From contig OZ059894.1 of assembly GCA_964057225.1 (NCBI GenBank), positions 8,990,001 through 9,054,000 of the forward strand: 64,000 nt of DNA, in the 5' to 3' direction. Source of the DNA: Auanema rhodensis. Lineage: Eukaryota; Animalia; Nematoda. The notes under the pieces are model-generated. The model had not been told where the DNA came from, ran no database searches, and worked only from the letters and a program-made list of their open reading frames with translations. A program made the translations under genes and the position numbers. This document shows positions 56,540 through 64,000 of this stretch, piece after piece. Within the stretch, counting starts at the first letter, position 1. Every line of letters begins with the position of its first letter.

Positions 56540-58246
56540 TGTACTAAGATTCTATAAATATTTTAACCTATATGTTTAGCTAATACGGTAATTAAACTAT
56601 AATATAATAACTATATATATTTATGTAATTAAGTTATAATTGTTTACAATAAAAAATAATTCGAAAAGAAAGCCATTCACATCGTTCAAGCCTGGTTGTG
56701 TTCGCAAGTTCTCGTATAAGACATAAAGTTTTATCATTAGTCATTAGAAGATATCGAAAAATTAAAAATGAACAGATCACATATCAATCAAGACATATTG
56801 ATTTCTTTCATTTTTTTGCAATTCTTCATTTTCTTATCGATACAATAAGAAAAAATACAATACAAAAGTGCTCTATAAACTATAAAACGCAAACATATGT
56901 GTCTCCAATTTATTTAAAATTTAATTTATTAAATAAATTATAACTATATACATATATCCTGTAAGTCCATAGGAGATGTATGGAGCCAAAATTAAATATC
57001 TAAGAGCTAAAAAAGCAAAAAGTGCTGGTGGCTTATCAAATTATGCCAATGATTACTTCTAAATGAAAACAAAATTTTACATCCACTTTCAACTTCACAT
57101 TCTTCTTCTTTTCTCATTAACAAACTACTATAGTTTTTTAAATTTTTTTTAGAATACTTCATATGGATGACTACTGTACTTTGTTTTCTAGGACTACCAG
57201 TCAAGCTTTTGATTGAATTTTGGAAACAAACGTCAAAACATAAAACTTGAAAATGTACGAATGCCCAAATATAATGTGCCTTGAACAACCGCTCTATTCT
57301 CCGCTTAAGCAAAATAATAATCGTGTACACACGTCAAATGTTTTAAGAAAAGTGCGTGAACAACGTGAATTCACGTGAACTTATTATAATACGTGACTTA
57401 TTGAATAATAGGAGTTACCCACACCAATTTTGTTGTTTCCAACTTCAGGCTTTATCAGACAATTCTAGGTTTGATTCTCTACTTCAACTTTAAGCAAACA
57501 ACATTTTATTCTGTCAATATCATTGAATAAGGACATGAAGTACATGATGAATGATATCAAACATACAAAAACCATTTTAGTTTATCATCGTTTAAAAGAT
57601 ATCAGACGTTCTTCTTGACACTCCGAGCTCAGACTGTAATGTCTGACTTAGTTTTGAACTTTATTTCGTTTTTTCCGTTTGAAGTAACATATATCTTGAA
57701 ATATGCTTTTATTTCCTATGTGAACTATCAATATTCTTGCCAGAAGAATGAATGAATGAATGACTGAACGATCATTAACTGCAGAAATCGAAGTGATAAG
57801 AGGTAGGTGCAGCTTGAAAGTGTGGCGAAACTGTTGACATTAGTCTTACCAACCTTGAACTACTCTTCAGTTTTTATTGTTCTTTTATTATTTTTTACTG
57901 AAATTAAATGAATTATTTGTTGATTTGGATGAGTATAGAGATAGTTTCATTGCGTTTCCGACTTTTCATTCTCAAAAACGTGAGTAGAAATGCTCAAATG
58001 TCATAGAAATATCGAGAATTTTGGCTAGTAATAGATAATTTGATATGATTATTCTTGAATATACTACATTATTGTCATAATTTTATAATCAAGCTATATA
58101 AATTTATAATTAACCCTATCTCAATAAGCAACATATTGATTTAAATGACTTTATTGCTGATGATTGTACACATGTGCTTAGGAAATAGCTTTAACATTTC
58201 ACAAAATTTCTCGAATTTTAACTCATTTCTCTTTGTTTTGCTTTAG

Positions 58247-59785
58247 ATGGCAGCAGAATTTTCACGAGCTGTGGCTAATGAACTCGATGTCATCGATTTT
58301 GAATCTGATGAACCGAAAGTTAGCGTGAATGGTGTGACCAGTGTTATGATCAGAGTATTTTGAAGTTTTTCATATGTTCAATTGGTAACAAATAATTTTA
58401 GAGCAAAAATCCCGCTAATAAGAACTTCAGAGTCCATGTAGTGAAAGATAATTCGGAAGAATGTCAAAGCCTGGAATACAGCGCTACTCTCGTTAGAATA
58501 CTAGTTTGAGTGTCGTTTTTTTCTATTTTTTCATTTTTCTAGGCAGCTTTTTACAATTCTCAGTTTGTCAATCGAATTTTAACTTTGAACAAGCTAATTG
58601 GACCTTTTGGTAAATATGAATTAAGTTTAAAACTAGTGGGAGAAGAGGATATGCATACAGTATTTGCTGTTCAGGTATGTTCCAATTATTCAAAATTATT
58701 TTTGATTATTTGATTTGTTTTCAGGTAGATGATGGTAAGAAAAAAAAAGTTCTCAGTTTAGAAGATTTGTGTACTGTTGCTCAAGCTATTGCCAAATATC
58801 ATTATGTAAATGAAAAAGCTGTATCCCCTGAAGTAAGATCAAGTTGTATTGAAATGAAGAAAAACTAATATTCATCTCAGGTTTATCGTGCTATCACTGA
58901 AAATTATGAGAATATTGCTGATTTTGAGAAAGAACATCAAAGAAAAATTATTGGAATTCTTGATGAAGTTCTACACTCAGTTGATCGAAAGTATTTTTCA
59001 AATCCTGAAGAAATTCTTTCCAAGGTTTTCTTTCAATTTCATAATAAATTATATTTTATTATAAAACAATTATATTTAATCTCTTAACCAGTAAAAATGA
59101 ATTATGATCAATTGTGATGAAAGCGAATGAGTTTAGGTTAACTATCTGGTTGAGAGATGTTCAAAGGAATATACTTGTTGTCTCAAAGGAACAGGATCTC
59201 TAGTTCTTTGTAATGGTAAATTGAATGCTTCATCATGTCTTTTCAACAAGCATGAACTTACCGATATCTCAAATTGGGAAGTGAGTAATAGATGAAACAT
59301 GATATTTCTCTCTAAACTATTTCTTTCCAGAATGCTCATTTTGCTGATCATGCCAAGGATTTAGCTTACCTGATCATCTCATCTGCAGAGCCATCTGTTA
59401 GAAGAAATCACTATTTGACTGTAATTTCTTTAAATACACTTTTATATTTTCTAATTTTTCTTTATTTCATAGGTTTTTCGACATTATTACTTTGCATTGG
59501 TTGATGTACGTCCACCAAACTTTGAGATCGAAGCATTACGTAATTCATATCTTTCTCATCAAAAGCATATTGTTCTATCAGAGTAGGATTTTGAATTATT
59601 CAATTCACTGATTGATCATCTTCTTTATCAGACTTGACTCTATTTTGTATGAGTTATCTACTGAAACTGATGAAGCTATCGTTAGAACAGAGATAGAACG
59701 TTGGCAAGCAGCTTTAGATGATGCATATGCCTTCGAGTGCAACGACTATGAAAGTGATAATGAGGATTGTTTATTTTCTAGATAA
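58247..59785 (+). CDS. EcKL/CHK kinase-like (nematode DUF1679-type) protein, probable pseudokinase
   Basis: Nine exons in frame. Motifs: AQAIAKYH, VLCNGKLNASSCLF, ISNWENAHFADHAKDLAYLIISSAEPSVRRNHYLTVFRHYY. These match the family pattern (vlcHGDl..N.lf; iDwQ..h.g....Dl..l..s......RR......l..YY). The acceptor ctttag directly precedes the ATG. Confidence 0.8.
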
Positions 59786-61548
59786 CCTTTGTTTGTATTT
59801 CAAAACAAAGTTAAAACACATTGTACTATCGAATGAAAAGATATTTATTTTTTAATTTTCTTAACAATAGCAAGAAGATCAAGATGTATAGATGTAAAAC
59901 TTTTCCACTTTTTAGTATAAATCGATGAAAAATCGGACGATATGAACATTTTCTGAGAAAATGCTTTGTTTTTCCTAACTTGGTAACCTAGAGGATAAAC
60001 AACTTAATTTTTGTTTATTATGCAGACCTCATATACGAGAAATGGAAATTTGAGAAACATTGTAAAATAGATATTTTTTTTTCAAAAATTAGATGCATCT
60101 CTTCAAACTATTTACTTTTTTTTTCACTTCCAAAGAAAAAAACAGGCTATTCTTGGAATTGAAGAAATATGTAACAGTAGATTGATTGAGATAAATAGTT
60201 TAGTTAAGATAATTCTTTTTTCTTCGTTTTCTTCAGCAATAATAGCGATGATGATAATCATCATCATGCTTATGAGTAGCAGCATCAGTAGCATCATGCT
60301 TTCATCAAGCTTCCCCTTTCCTCTGCTATCCTCACAACTTCACAGCTGTATATAGATGTATGCGACATGTTCTGCAAAGAAAGATGTGCAATTGCACATC
60401 TCCAAGAACATTTCAATTATTTCTTTGTTGTATATACATATATATGTTATATAATATTTAATTTTACTTTAAAAACGTATAAATAAGTAAAAAAAAAGAA
60501 ATATTGGGAATATAAAATCATTTGGTAGTCGTTAGAACTAGCCAATTTCATAATATATTCTCATAAAAATGTCTTATTTCAACGTATATTTCATGGTCAT
60601 CATAACTCTTTATATGTCGTCTAGTCATGAATTGCTCGGAAACTGTGAAAAGCACACAATCTTTTTCATCTGGAGCATGTGTGAACCTCTTTTTATTACA
60701 ACAGAAACAAAAAGTAATTTTGTCTGTTTTTTCACTAGCAGCATGATGGCAATTTTTTTGTCATTTCCACGCAGACCAGCTTAATGCTGTCAGTGAAGTC
60801 GCCTTTTTCGGTAAGAAGAGAACCAAAAATTCGATCAATTATACTGTTTATTTCATTACGAGAGCGGCAATTTCTTTTCAGAATTTGAGAAAAAAAAATG
60901 AAAAGGAAGTGAAGTAACATGATTCGCACGACAATCATTATGTGGCTGTTTGACGTTAAAGATGAATCAAAACATTCTCTCTTTGAAATCTTCGTGCCAA
61001 CATCTCATCTTATAAACATTGAACGATAAAAAATAATTTCTTGAAAAGGAAAAAAATCATCTGTGAGAGCCACTGTGCTCTTCACAACGGATCGACCTTC
61101 ACCCAAGAACGTCCTTCTCTCGATTGTTGTTTTCAATGCTTCGAAGTTTATTTTTCGAAAAATTCATCATGATGATTGAATGTTTCACGGAAAATTTTTG
61201 AAGATTATCACATTAATAAATATGAAAAAGCTGACGAACTTTTTTATTAGATTGTGCATGTTTTTCTTTACTTTTCTTCCTTATACTACATTTGAATTGC
61301 TTCCTATTTCAATATTTATTTCATGGAACTCTTATGCTTCTTCATATTCACAGATATATCTCTACATGTTCTTGTTTATCTTTTTGATGTAATTGGAATA
61401 ATCTTTATTCATGAATCTGAAGAACGAAATTTATTTTAATTCTCTATATCTTGTTAGGCCATGACTTCATTAAGTGGTTTCTACATAATATTACTGACAC
61501 ATGATGCATGTGAGGTTGAAGACTAAAGAAAGAACGAAAGAGAGAAAA

Positions 61549-61550
<2 letters not shown>

Positions 61551-61593
<43 letters not shown>
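61551..61593. repeat. (AG)n microsatellite
   Basis: Read directly from the sequence. Confidence 0.95.
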
Positions 61594-61598
<5 letters not shown>

Positions 61599-62795
61599 TA
61601 GTATTGTATATTCTCTCAACTTTCATTCCTATCTATAAGTGTCTTACTCCGTGTCACATTCCTTCCAACTTCATCATCTATCTTTTCTAAGATCATCCAC
61701 TCCATCACCTTTCAAATCTTCCTTAAAATCTCAAAAAGATTGCAAAAAGTTGTTGCTGCACCTTTCATAAATCAAATATAATCCAAATTTTCCCATAACA
61801 AACTTTCTCAACTGAACTGTTTTTTAATGGCTGAATGTCGTGGAAGAAGTTAGTTGCATTGTCCTATGCTGTGCAGAAATTTATTTTTTCAACATACGCT
61901 TCTTTGAGAAAGTTGGTTGTTAATTTCACAGAAATTTAATTATCTTCCTTATTTTTCTCTTCATATGTATCTAATAAAATAAATTTTCGTTGTTTTTTTT
62001 TGCTGTTCATCGAAAAAAAAAATTAATTTTGACAACAACTTTGACTAACGAAAATTTATAAATTTTTTTCAAAAAATCTTTGAAATACATACATAGCATA
62101 TACTAGATATCAATATCATTGTTATATATATATGTATATACAGTTTTACAATGAATATACAGCTAGCTTACACGAATCATTGAGAGATGATCATGAATAA
62201 TTCTATTTTCTGCTTTTTTTCCAAAAGACAAATTATGATTAAATTCAATAATTTCTATTCTTGGAACAGCTTATTATGAATTTATGATCAGTACTCTATC
62301 ATGTTTCAGCAGCTTATGAAATAGTAAGAAATATTCATAAAAATGATTTCAACTAATTTTTTCTCAGCTTTACATGATTTTCGATTAACAATTTTTTTAT
62401 TTATTTCTACTGAACTGAGAAAAAAAGAAGTTTATTTCATTTTTTTTTCTTTTATTGTATATTTTCATTTTTATCAGTTGACGATGAGAAATACTTGTAA
62501 CATTGAAAAACAAAAAGAAAAAGATGAATATTTATTTAGTTACTTATGCGAATGCGAGTGCTTCTTAGTTTTATGGATCTTTCTTAGATCGTGAATGGCA
62601 GAATTTGTCTTAGTTTATGACTTTAATATATCTTTAATACTTTTTCTTCCTCTTCTTCTTCACATATTTCAATTTTTCCATCTAAAGTTTTTCATTTTCG
62701 TGCGTAAAAAGCTCTCACTTTGATTACGCTTCCCTTTTGGAATATACAACATGGGTGGTAAAATGTCTGAAACAGCGATATTAAAATTTGAAATC

Positions 62796-62797
<2 letters not shown>

Positions 62798-62829
<32 letters not shown>
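62798..62829. repeat. (TGA)n trinucleotide repeat
   Basis: Read directly from the sequence. Confidence 0.95.
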
Positions 62830-62831
<2 letters not shown>

Positions 62832-64000
62832 GAGAGAATACAGATAGAATAAGTGAGACAATATAAGAGAGTAAGAGAGTAAGAAAAATAGTTAGAGATA
62901 GAGAAAGAAGTCGGAAGAATGTAAGAGAACATCCACAAAATATTCTTTAGTCACTATTCTTGACATCTATTCTGGTATTAGTGTATATGGCAATGTTATT
63001 CCTCCCAATATTTTACACAAGAAGTTTCAACTATTCTTTTCTATTTCAACCTACCATACAAGTTCAGTATATTAATTATTTGACGGTGATGCGATGTGAT
63101 CACATCAATTTCTTGTTATTTACAGAAAAAAACTCATAAATTTGTGGGAATTTCAATTTTTTTTAGTTAAAATTTCAATTTACATCTTCATTTTCAAGTT
63201 CTTCTATTTAAATTAAAAAATTGATAAGTTTTTTATAGAATATTCCTAATTTTTTTTAAACTTATTTCATATACTTTCTCATAAATTTGGTAGAATATTG
63301 AAATTAAAATGAAATTGTAATAATATTCTTCTTCAAAATGATGATTTTGTGCTTAACAATAGTCGATATACGGTCCGAAATTTAAAAAATCAAAGCTTTT
63401 CAAACTTTGAGATAAAAAAAATGTCGAAAAAAGTTTGAAAAGAACAATTAGATCTGAGGACGCTGCAAAATTTTTCAATAAAAAAAAGAAAAAAAAAAGA
63501 AAAAAGGAAAATGATTTTGTGTTCACGGATTTGAGGATGGTTTCGTTTACTTCCGTTTCTAGTTTGTTCGACCCCATGGAAGGCAAAAACTTATGAGAGA
63601 AACAAGTTCTTTACGTCTTTTTTTCCTGTTGGGTTGCGGGGGACTTCCTATATTTCAGAATACATCTCTTGAACATTCCGGCTCGAAATGAACAATAGAG
63701 TTATATGGATAAGCTCGATGAAGTTGATGACAAAAAGTTTTTGAGTATAAGGAAGTTTGAAGACAAAAAGAGGTTGAAAAAGTATCCTCATAAGGTTCAC
63801 AATGTCCATTATGCGAATTGGGTGGGGAGATGAAGATGAGTAGCAAAATGGTTGAAGGAAGAGAAAAGATAACTGCCAGCTCATATATAAGAAATAAGTG
63901 GAATATTAGACTTTTATAGTGGCAAGCCTCACTCATTCAACACTAATTTTCGAATTTTCATTTGTATTCTCTATAGATGCTAAATCTCCGAACTTGACTT

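Noticed and set aside
60000-64000. Short ORFs at the end of the window
   Set aside because: They are low-complexity F/L/S-rich translations of AT-rich DNA and microsatellites, and no gene model is supportable.

Overview
AT-rich eukaryotic DNA with 45-55 nt GT-AG introns, TTTCAG acceptors and many (GA)n microsatellites. These features point to a free-living rhabditid nematode (inference). The first ~17.9 kb has no recognisable coding sequence. Spliced genes reconstructed by eye: Na+/Ca2+ exchanger ncx-2 (+, 17974-25049), NatC catalytic subunit NAA30 (-), a 7TM Srx-like receptor (-), basonuclin/disco zinc-finger gene bnc-1 (-), a COMMD10-like gene (+), a tandem-domain NUDT14-like Nudix hydrolase (-), an EcKL/CHK-like pseudokinase (+), and a doubtful small orphan gene. 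Most entries in the ORF track are spurious. The strongest unexplained signal is a pair of diverged, non-coding, GC-rich elements of ~215-240 nt at 29262-29507 (sense -) and 35832-36050 (sense +). They lie in inverted orientation on either side of the receptor gene. They share ordered sequence blocks, covarying hairpins, a terminal helix and a possible pseudoknot, which makes them a candidate undescribed structured ncRNA family with loosely RNase P/MRP-like topology. Other observations: cassette-compatible ncx-2 exons with a downstream splicing-factor motif cluster, two pseudo-enzymes, convergent genes 29 nt apart, and recurrent ACGTG(AA) clusters.
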